Source of the DNA: Octopus vulgaris
Taxonomy: Eukaryota
Direction: 5' to 3'
Length of the DNA: 64,000 bases
Assembly (NCBI GenBank): GCA_951406725.2
Contig: OX597817.1
Span: 17,236,001-17,300,000, forward strand
Made by a program: the position numbers and the translations under genes. This document shows positions 54,236 through 64,000 of the stretch, piece by piece (positions within the stretch are counted from its first letter, which is position 1; every line of letters starts with the position of its first letter). The notes under the pieces are model-generated. The model was given only the letters and a program-made list of their open reading frames with translations, had not been told where the DNA came from and did no database searches.

Positions 54236-55340
54236 TCTCCTGTTGCCTGAGGCACTCCACTTTCTATCAATGACTCCGTGGAGGGGGCTCCATTGGCTGC
54301 TACAGCCTGGCTTCTGTCTTTTAAGAAGTCATGCAACCACTCTCCCATTCTCCCAGTTATGCTGATTCTCCGTAGTTTGTGACACATCCCAGGATCAACC
54401 TTATCAAAGGCCTTTGCAAAGTCAAGATATATCACATTTACTTCTGCTTGAGGGAAAGCCATGCTGGGTGTCAGGAAGCAAGTCATTATCTTCAAGGAAC
54501 GCAATTAGTTTCTTCCTCATATTGCACTCCATGACTTTGCTGACATGGGAAGTTAGAGGGACAGGGCTATAATTCTTAGCATCTGCTCTGCTACCTCCCT
54601 TATGGATAAGGCATATAATGCCTTCCTTTAGCTTTTTGGGAAGTCTCCCTGTTGTGAGGAAACTCTGAAAGAGTATCTGAAGTGGCCTAGCCAGAGCCCC
54701 TTTGTATTTCTTTAGGAGGATTGCTGGGAATCCATCAGGGCCTGTTGCTGAGTTTGAGTTCGTCTCATCAATGTCTGATATCACATCAGTTTCCTCTATG
54801 CTGATGCTGTCAATAATTGCCATTTTGTTGTATAGATCTGTGGAGCCAAATAACTCATCGGGCATAGCTACTTGCAAGGGTATCAGTGGAGTGGTGAAAG
54901 CACTCTTGTATTGCACATTCAGTATTTCACTGATCCTCTGGTGGGGTCTGCAATCGGTGAGCGATTTTCTTCAAGTAGTGGCTCTATTTTGTACTGTACT
55001 GAAGCAGCTTCTTTTGCGTATCTATAGGAGGCTTTAGGGTTTGTCTTAATATTTTTGACAGCCCTGGGTTCCACTTCTGCCCACTCCTTTTCCTGGGAGC
55101 ATTGGTGTACATTACATTTTTAATCTTGAGCACTGTTTGTTTGAAGTAGGATTGTTTGTTATCCTTTAGTGGCCCATTTAGACAATTTGAGACTTTTGTT
55201 CATCTCATTAGAATCCGCCTATCCCTGGGTATTATATTTTTCTGCTGTCTTGGCATTCTCTCTGGAGAAAATTTACTGCAGATGTCATGCATGCTTGCCA
55301 TAAAGTATTGTAGCCTTATGTCAATGTCTTCTACAAATTT
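54236..55340 (-). mobile_element. Decayed CR1/L2-group LINE ORF2 (RT N-terminal half)
   Basis: GPDGFPAILLK, IHKGGS..AKNYSPVPLTSHVSKVME, QHGF, IYLDFAKAFDKVD, WLHDFLKDRSQ, SGVPQ; frameshift and internal deletion. Confidence 0.9.
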
Positions 55341-55691
55341 ATACATATATGTATATACACATACATACAAATCCATACATACATACATAGAGTGAGAGAG
55401 AGAAGAATGTACCCCATTATCAGACTGGTAATTTATTCATCAACTTCCAAAGAATGAAAGGCAAAGTTCATTTCAGCAGAATTAGCATTCAGAAGGCAGA
55501 CAGCTGGAATGACAACTTCAAGGCATTCCATATGACACCAACAACTTAACAGTGAAACAAAATAGTATCTTTAAAATTTGAATATGTTTAAGGTGGAGGA
55601 GAAATATGGGAAGGAGAAAAAGAAAGGGATTAACAAAAAAACAGTATCAGTGAACTGTCCGAGTTTAACAGAATACACTGAATTGTTATAT

Positions 55692-56096
55692 ACTCTTTTT
55701 ACTCTTTTACTTGTTTCAGTCATTTGACTGCGGCCATGCTGGAGCACCGCCTTTAATCGAGCAACTCGACCCCAGGACTTATTCTTTGTAAGCCCAGTAC
55801 TTATTCTATCGGTCTCTTTTTGCCGAACCGCTAAGTGATGGGGACATAAACACACCCGCATCGGTTGTCAAGCAATGCTAGGGTGACAAACACAAACATA
55901 CACGCACGCATTTACATATATATACACATATACGACGGGCTTCTTTCAGTTTCCGTCTACCAAATCCACTCACAAGGTTTTGGTCGGCCCGAGGCTATAG
56001 TAGAAGACACTTGCCCAAGGTGCCACGCAGTGGGACTGAACCCGGAACCATGTGGTTGGTAAACAAGCTACTTACCACACAGCCACTCCTGCGCCT
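55692..56096 (-). mobile_element. SINE family A
   Basis: Full-length match. Confidence 0.92.
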
Positions 56097-56102
56097 ATAA
56101 GG

Positions 56103-56133
<31 letters not shown>

Positions 56134-56472
56134 TGGTCCAGTGAAATATGTAAATACTTGTGACAGTGGGTGAAATGTTTCAGACCCCTGAAAAACAAAG
56201 CACACAACTTTTTAAATAGAAAAAAAAGTTCAAAAGAAAATATGCTTTTACAAAAAGAAAGAAAAAAAAAGACAGGAGAATCATCAACATCATCATCATT
56301 TTATCATTCACTCTCCCATACCTTAATGGGTTGGACAGAATTTGTAGTGGCACATTTTCTAACCACACACAGACAGGCACGGATATATATAGATATATAT
56401 ATATATATAGTTAATCCAAACATGAAAACACAAAGAGAAAACACAACAACGCGAGGGCGTGGAACAAATATA

Positions 56473-56701
56473 TATTTCTTTACTACCCACAAGGGGCTAA
56501 ACATAGAGGACAAACAAGGACAGACAAAGGGATTAAGTCAATTCCATCGACCCCAGTGCGTAACTGGTACTTAATTTATCGACCCCGAAAGGATGAAAGG
56601 CAAAGTCGACCTCGGCGGAATTTGAACTCAGAACGTAACGGCAGACGAAATACGGCTACACATTTCGCCCGGTGTGCTAACGTTTCTGCCAGCTCGCCGC
56701 C
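56473..56701 (-). mobile_element. SINE family C, young copy
   Basis: CpG-intact match to 15835-16066. Confidence 0.9.
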
Positions 56702-56724
56702 TATATATATATATATATATATAT

Positions 56725-56962
56725 AGTTAATCCGAACGTGAAAACACAAAGAGAAAACACAACAACGCGAAGGCGTGGAACAAATATAGTATTATTGGAC
56801 GCTCAGGAAGGAAGGGAAGAAGGAGGGTTTAATGTTTCGAGCGGAGCTCTTCATCAGAAACATATGAAAAGGAAAAGGAAAGATCCAGAGAAGGGAAGAC
56901 GGAGGGAAAAAAAAAAAAAAAAAATCGCCAACGGAGCACACGCGGTCACATTTTGAATGTGA
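56725..56962 (-). mobile_element. Hammerhead-bearing short repeat (Penelope pLTR-like) abutting (TA)n
   Basis: Homologous to 51692-51822 (opposite strand) and 56408-56470; contains the hammerhead at 56827-56861. Confidence 0.6.
56827..56861 (-). ncRNA. Minimal hammerhead ribozyme motif, canonical CUGAUGA/GAAA core
   Basis: Minus strand GUUU-CUGAUGA-A-GAGC(UCC)GCUC-GAA-ACAU-U-AAAC; stem I GUUU/AAAC. Stem III ACAU looks like CpG decay of palindromic ACGU. Confidence 0.7.
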
Positions 56963-57053
56963 TATAAAAAACATATATATAACAAAGAACATACAAAAAA
57001 ACACTGTATTTCCATTGGGTGTTTCCCAGACATGCACACACACCTGTATAAAT

Positions 57054-57456
57054 ACTTTTACTCGTTTACTTGTTTCAGTCATTTGACTGCGGCCATGCTG
57101 GAGCACCGCCTTTAGTCGAGCAAATCGACCCCGGGACTTATTCTTTGTAAGCCTAGTACTTATTCTATCGGTCTCTTTTGCCGAACCGCTAAGTGACGGG
57201 GACGTAAACACACCAGCATCGGTTGTCAAGCAATGCTAGGGGGGACAAACATAGACACACAAACACACACACACACATATATATATATACATATATACGA
57301 CGGGCTTCTTTCAGTTTCCGTCTACCAAATCCACTCACAAGGCATTGGTCGGCCCGGGGCTATAGCAGAAGACACTTGCCCAAAATGCCACGCAGTGGGA
57401 CTGAACCCGCAACCATGTGGTTGGTTAGCAAGCTACTTACCACACAACCACTCCTG
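57054..57456 (-). mobile_element. SINE family A
   Basis: Near full-length match. Confidence 0.92.
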
Positions 57457-57685
57457 TATATACATAATATACACAAATACGTGTGTGTGATCACCATCAT
57501 TATTGAGCATCGATTTTCTATACTGGTATTAGTAAGACAGTTTGACTGGGACTAGTAAACTGGAGAGCTGCACCAGGCTCCGGTCTGCTTTGGTTTGGTT
57601 TTCTACAGTTGGATGCCCTTCCTAATGCCAACCATTCCACAGAATGTGTTGGGTGTCTTTCAAGTGTCACTGGCACAGGTATCTT

Positions 57686-57912
57686 TTAACCCTTTGGTGT
57701 TCAGATTATTCTATCAAACATAATGCTTATTGATTCCCATTTATTTGAATTAATCAGGCATTATCTCATATCTTCAAGATCTTGATGGTGTAATTACTTA
57801 ATGTGGAATAACATTGTAGGGTAGGTGTGAGAGCCTGGATCTGGTCAGTTTGAACATAAATCAGATTAGCTATTTTGGCCGGATATGGCTGGTTTAAATA
57901 CTAAAGGGTTAA
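57686..57912. mobile_element. piggyBac-type MITE, inverted, nested in a family D element
   Basis: TTAACCCTTT ... AAAGGGTTAA; reverse complement of 1882-2108. Confidence 0.85.
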
Positions 57913-58097
57913 GTGTCACCGGCATGGTGTCACTGACACAGGTGCCTTTTACCACTCCACCTAACAAAGTACAACCAGCCAAAGACTATAAAAACCCATC
58001 AGCAAGTCAAAACTTCAAAAACACTCTAAGCTTTCCCTTGTAAAAGTAAATTAATATGTACTCTACTAAAAAGTACTGAATAATGCTTCACTTCAAT

Positions 58098-58495
58098 ACT
58101 CTTTTACTCTCTCTTTTTACTGGTTTCAGTCATTTGACTGCGGCCAAGCTGGAGCACCGCCTTTAGTCGAGGAAATCGACCCCGGGACTTATTCTTTGTA
58201 AGCCCAGTACTTATTCTATCGGTCTCTTTTGCCGAACCGCTAAGTGACGGGGACATAAACACACCAGCATCGGTTATCAAGCAATGCTAGGGGGACAAAC
58301 ATATACACACACACTTATATATATATATACATATATACGACAGGCTTCTTTCAGTTTCCGTCTACCAAATCCACTCACAAGGTATTGGTCAGCCTGGGGC
58401 TATAGCAGAAGACACTTGCCCAAGATGCCATGCAGTGGGACTGAACCCGGAACCATGTGGTTGGTTAGCAAGCTACTTACCACACAGCTACTCCT
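58098..58495 (-). mobile_element. SINE family A
   Basis: Near full-length match. Confidence 0.92.
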
Positions 58496-58970
58496 AATTG
58501 TCTTTATAACTTGACATAAAAACAAACATTAATATGTGTGTGAATGTGTGTAAGCACAGTCATGGCTATGTCATTTAGAAATCCGCTTCCCAACCACAAT
58601 GTTTTCATACAACTGCAGGTCACCTTGGCCAAGTATATTCTATTATAGTCCAAGACAAACCAAACCTTGTGAGTGGATTTGATAGATAGAAACAGAATTA
58701 GTATAAATGAGTACCATTCATTTTCAATATTCCATGAAAACATGTCTGACCATAGGGAATTACTATCTTTGTTGGAAACAGGTAAGAGTTGGTGGCAAGA
58801 AGGGCATCTCCACATAGAAAATTTGCCTCAATAAACAGATCAACGCTTGTAAGCATGGAAAAAGAAAAGTGTGTGTTAAAATGATAGTGTGTGTTGATAT
58901 AAGTATATATATATATATATGAAAAAACAAGTCAAAAATAGAAAATGCTAAGATGATTTTATAGTGAATC

Positions 58971-59014
58971 TTTCAGTACCGGTTTCGGTCATTTTGAGAC
59001 CTTTTCAACTGTAA
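58971..59014 (-). ncRNA. Identical inverted copy of the U3-A8 minimal hammerhead motif
   Basis: Exact reverse complement of 59816-59859. Confidence 0.75.
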
Positions 59015-59815
59015 CGATTAAATAATTAAATTTAGAAAAATTAGAAGAAAAGTTTTTTTAAAAGAATATTTCTGTAGTAGTGTTCAGATATAAGTAGCAT
59101 TCTGCCTTTCTCTGACTCCCTTGTTTGCACTTGTGTGTTGGAGGTCGTTTTGAGTTCTTGGTAGGATAGGTGAAGAATAATGAGGCTGATGTGGAGAGGG
59201 GTGGGGAAATCTGGGAATGCCTTAATGGTCGTATTTTGAATGGTCAGTGGCTGACAGTAGTCGCAGTTCAATTCAGGAATTGTTTATGGAATTTGCGTTA
59301 TACTGAAAGACATTAGTGACAAGGTTAAGGGGTGGAAGGTGGAGAAGTAGAAGAAGAAGAAGATGACGATGATGATGATGATGATGAAGAAGAAGGAGAA
59401 GGAGAAGATGGTGGTGATGATGGTGGTGATGATGATGACGACGATGATGATGATAATGATGATGATGAAGAAGAAGAGGAAGAAGAAGAAGAAGAAAAAA
59501 ACAGAGAAGGGAGAATATGAATGGGTGTAAGTATAGCTTTGATGGGGCTGATTAGTAATGGATTCTATGGAGTGTAATATTTGTGTGTGTATATATTTCT
59601 TTTATTCTAAAGTTGAGGTATATTAATTGTTTGTCGCCACATCAGCCTCATTATTCTTCACCTATCCTACCAAGAACTCACAACGACCTCCAACACACAA
59701 GTGCAAACAAGGGAGTCAGAGAAAGGCAGAATGCTACTTATATCTGAACACTACTACAGAAATATTCTTTAAAAAAAATTTTCTTCTAATTTTTCTAAAT
59801 TTAATTATTTAATCG

Positions 59816-59859
59816 TTACAGTTGAAAAGGTCTCAAAATGACCGAAACCGGTACTGAAA
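59816..59859 (+). ncRNA. Minimal type I hammerhead ribozyme motif, U3-A8 core variant
   Basis: CAG-UUGAAAA-GGUC(UCAAAAU)GACC-GAA-ACCGGU-A-CUG: stems I and II pair, stem III is palindromic, GUA cleavage triplet. Confidence 0.75.
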
Positions 59860-59943
59860 GATTCACTATAAAATCATCTTAGCATTTTCTATTTTTGACT
59901 TGTTTTTTCATATATATCAACTCGTGTGTTCCTTTCCACCCTT

Positions 59944-59979
<36 letters not shown>

Positions 59980-60715
59980 GTGTATAAACATGTGCATTAT
60001 TTGCATGCGCATTGTGTATATGTATATTGTATGTATGTGTATTGTATATGTGTGTGTACAATTAAGTGTATATATGTGTGTATTGTATATATGTATATTG
60101 TAGGTGTGTTATATATGCATGAATACATGTATATACATTGCATGTATATATATGTATGCATTGTGTATGTGTATGTTATGTGTGTGTGTGTGTGTATATA
60201 TATTGTATGTATGCGTACGTGTATATGTATACATTGTATGTATGTATATTGTGTGTATATGTGGTATATTTATGTATGTGTATGTAAACACTATTTATAT
60301 GTATATATGTATATGCATTGTCTATATATATATATATATATTGTATGTATGTATTGCGTGTATATATTGCATGCATATATTGTGTATGTATATTATATAC
60401 ATGCTGTGTATGTGTATTGTATGTATATATATGCTAGGTGTATTTGTGTGATATTTATATTATGTATGTATGTGTGCGTGTGTTGTGTGTGTGTGTTGTG
60501 TGTGTATGTGTGTTATATATGTGTGTATATTATATATAAATACATGTTATATTTGTGTGCTGTGCGTGTATATTATATATGTGGGTGCATTGTGTATGTG
60601 TGTGTTCTGTGTGTGTGTGTGTGTTGTGTGTATGTGGTGTGTGTTTGTATGCTGTGTGTGTGTGTTTGTATGTGTGTGTGTGTGTATGTGTGTTGTGTGT
60701 GTGTATATGTGTGTG
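59944..60715. repeat. Degenerate (TG)n/(TA)n low-complexity tract
   Basis: Direct reading. Confidence 0.95.
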
Positions 60716-61282
60716 ACAAACAGACGCCGTCTGACCAAATACTGCAGGCACATGGACACATCTATTCACACCCGCATACTCACCTCCCGATAACCCCAAA
60801 ATCATTGATGCTTGAAGGGGAACCATAAACCAAACTGGGTACAACATTTTTTTCTCTCAATTCAACTTTTCTGCTAAAGCCAACAGGTCAGTAAAAACAA
60901 ATTCTCGCCTTCAACTCAAAATATTCTGAGATGTATAAAATATCCATTTTTTCTGTCAACATTACAAATTTTCTCACCAAACTATTGCACTTCCTTATGT
61001 CTTTAACATGCCCTTTCTACCAAAGACTGTATATATATACATGTAATGTGACAATTTGCGACAACCAATAATTAACGCAACCAAATTTCCAATAATATAT
61101 TTGTTTTATTCTTTTCTGCCAATTTTTCCAAATATTCTCATCACACTATTGAACTTCTCTGTTACCAAACATTATATTTATACATGTAATGTGACAATTA
61201 TGTATAAAAAAACATTTTTGAATTCATAATATTCAATGTGACAATTATGTAAAAAACTTTTTTGAACCCATATTATTCAATG

Positions 61283-61327
61283 TTACTTTTGACAATCTTT
61301 TACCAAAGAGTGAAACCGGTTAAGTAA
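61283..61327 (+). ncRNA. Hammerhead-like motif, U3-A8 type core, imperfect stem II junction
   Basis: UUACUU-UUGACAA-UCUUU(UACC)AAAGA-GU-GAA-ACCGGU-U-AAGUAA; perfect 6 bp stem I and palindromic stem III. Confidence 0.55.
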
Positions 61328-61440
61328 ATAAACATCTTTTAAATTGCATTTTCAAACCTTCTTTCGTATATATGTATATATATATTTATATATATATATA
61401 TATATATATATACATACACACATGCATACACATACATATA

Positions 61441-63850
61441 CTTGTGGACATTCACAACATTTATAATTCAGTTTGTAACATCACATCAAATTCAAAGATG
61501 AGGTATGGTGTTATGCATTGTTGCCCTTAGTGTTTTTATGTCTAAATTCTTGGCATACTTAATTCCATCGGCTATAAGTGAGGGTGGATATTGTCTTTCA
61601 GTTAGTGTTGTTTTGACATCTTGAAGACAAAGATCCCGAGTAGTTCTATCAGACACTATTGTGTAAATCCTTTTTGCCAAATTAAAGGGGATATTTGTTT
61701 TAATGTGTTTCGGGTGGCATGAGTTAAAGAGATATTGTTTCGAGTCCGTTGGTTTAGGATAGATGCCAGTTATAATTTGGTTGTTGACTTTTTTTTATCA
61801 TGATATCCAAAAATGGGAGCTGTTCTTTGTTATATTCCATTGTGAATTGAATGTTACTATTTATATCATTTAGTGTTGATTTGAAGTCCAAAAGTTATGG
61901 TCTTCTTCAAAATGATAAAACAGTCATCCAGGCATCTTTCCCAGCTTTCTCTTATGTAATGGTGAAATGGATAACCATATTTTTGAAGTGACATTTCATA
62001 TATAGTGAATTCAAAATAACCCATAATCAGGTTTGCAAGAACAGGGGCTGCTTTTGTTCCCATTGCAACTCTGCATTTTTGACAATAGTATGTGTCATCA
62101 AATAGAAAATAATTGTTCTGAAGTATAAATTTTAAAGATTCAATAATAAAGATCTGATTTATGCATTCAAGGAGTACTTCGGGGTACTTTTCCAATCAGA
62201 ATTTGATTGTTTTTATTCCATTGTCATGTGGGATGTTGGTATAAAGATTGATAACATCAAAGGACACCAATAATGCCTATTCATTAATTGTTTTTGGTAG
62301 GTGCTCTAGCATGTCTAAATCATCTCTAATGAAACTTTTGATGCATTTCAGCAAGGATTTCAGTAGGATGTCTAAAGAATTGCATAGGCGGTGGGTTTCA
62401 CAGGCTGGGCCAGCTATAATGTGCCTTAAAGTTAAGTCTTCTGTCGCTTGGATATTTATGTATTTGCCTGATGATTGTTTGCAGGCTTCATTAATTATCT
62501 TGCCCTTGTGTATTTTAGGTAGGCCATAAAAAAGACTGGGTTTACATTTGAAGTTCGTGATGTAGTCTGTTTCTTTTTCTGTCAGGCCTTTTCCATGTTG
62601 AAGAATTAAAGATGCAAGATTTTTCATTGTTTTTTGTTGTTTATAGTTTACAACATTTTCGTAGAAGGCATCATTTTCTAGTATGGATAACTCTCTCTTT
62701 TCTCTCTTTTACTCTCTCTTTTACTTGTTTCAGTCATTTGACTGCGGCCATGCTGGAGCACCACCTTTAGTCGAGCAAATCAACCCCCGGAACTTATTCT
62801 TTGGAAGCCCAGTACTTATTCTATCGGTCTCTTTTTTGCCGAACCGCTAAGTGACGGGGACGTAAACACACCAACATCGGTTGTCAAGCAATGCTAGGGG
62901 GACAAACACAGACACACACACGCATACATATATATATACACATATATCTGACAGGCTTCTTTCAGTTTTCGTCTACCAAATCCACTCACAAGGCATTGGT
63001 CGGCCCGGGGCTATAGCAGAAGACACTTGCCCAAGATGCCATGCAGTGGGACTGAACTCGGAACCATGTGGTTGGTTAGCAAGCTACTTACCACACAGCC
63101 ACTCCTGCACTAGGTTTTTATAGTATTCTGTGTCCATCAGGACTACAGCACTTCCTTTGTCTGCTTCTTTAATTGTCAGGTCTTTGTTGTTTTGTAGTTC
63201 AATAAGATTTTTCCATTCTAGATTGTTGAGGTTCAAATTAATTTTTCGTTTATGGAAAGTATATGGGAAATTTTGGATTTGGTCACAGAAGTCATATTGT
63301 GTTTTATTCCAACCTTTTTGTGGAAGGCAATTACCTCTGTCTTGGTAAATAGGCTGAGTTTCTTTGTTAAGGGGTTAAGGGAGTCTATTGGACGTTTCTA
63401 GTTGCTGGAGAGAAAAAAATTACTCCTAACCCTAGGTTGGTTTCTTCTAGTATTTCTCATTAGTGAGTTGTCCCTATTACTAGATTGAGAATGGTTTACT
63501 TCCAGGTGAGAAGTCAGTTTTGTGTGTTTGTGTTCTTTGGATGTTTATAGTTTGATCTAGGTGGATGTGTATTTATTTCTATAGATGTATTTGTTCTGTA
63601 TATTTTTTTCAGGAAGGGACTATCTGAAGTGTAGTCTCTTTTAAACTGAGCTTCATAACTAAAGACGAAGTTAACACTGTTTTCCCATTGTTGCAGGGAA
63701 TTTATTTCTTCTGATTTACAGCTGCCTTTCCATAGTTTTATAATGCTTTCTAAAGGTTATTCATAGCATATTTCATGAGTTTGGTGTGCATTTCTTCATT
63801 AATCATTTTATATTTTTGTTCATTATCCAATGCTCTGAGTTTGAGTAACT
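61441..63850 (-). mobile_element. Decayed Penelope-like retroelement (RT with probable GIY-YIG start), interrupted by a SINE at 62690-63110
   Basis: Motifs IKEADKGSAVVLMD, FYGLPKIHK, LRHIIAG, SFDVINLYTNIPH, NNYFLFD..YCQ..VAMGTKAAP.LANL, CLDD, LPFLD, SCHPKH; several frameshifts; a KCCECPQVY remnant near 61445. The 5' boundary is approximate. Confidence 0.9.
62690..63110 (-). mobile_element. SINE family A inserted in the Penelope-like ORF
   Basis: Full-length match; the PLE reading resumes on both sides (EYYKNL / LSILEND). Confidence 0.92.
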
Positions 63851-63945
63851 CAAACTCTATTTACATTTTTTCTAGTCCTAATTTCTCCCTACGATTCCTT
63901 TGCTGCACATAAAGAGCACCCATATACCTATACATAAATATACAG

Positions 63946-64000
<55 letters not shown>

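Larger units (their letters stand above)
58913..59917. mobile_element. Non-autonomous Penelope-like element with ~280 bp inverted arms (58913-59194 and 59637-59917)
   Basis: Near-perfect inverted repeat, each arm carrying a hammerhead motif and ending in (TA)n; ~440 bp spacer with GAA/GAT/GGT repeats. An inverted pseudo-LTR is a known PLE structure. Confidence 0.6.

Noticed and set aside
59332-59520. Acidic D/E-rich ORF
   Set aside because: GAA/GAT/GGT trinucleotide tract without splice or homology support.

Overview
AT-rich, repeat-dense eukaryotic DNA; the SINE families and microsatellite load suggest an octopus or other coleoid cephalopod (inference). The window is almost all intron of a minus-strand amphiphysin/BIN1-family (N-BAR) gene. 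Two small coding exons are recognisable, 32901-32981 (81 nt) and 4284-4338 (55 nt, GC donor), separated by a 28.6 kb intron. The rest is about 20 young copies of a tRNA-derived CORE-type SINE, three further SINE-like families with swapped modules, piggyBac-, hAT- and Tigger-like MITEs, Helitron/Helentron-type elements, decayed CR1-, RTE- and Penelope-like retroelements, and microsatellites. Nearly all ORFs in the supplied track are repeat artefacts. The most notable hidden signal is a cluster of minimal type I hammerhead ribozyme motifs in (TA)n-flanked Penelope-like repeats (51.7-61.3 kb, plus a relic at 39.1 kb). It includes an intact U3-A8 core variant present twice, once in each arm of a ~280 bp inverted repeat. 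All calls are by eye; no searches were run.
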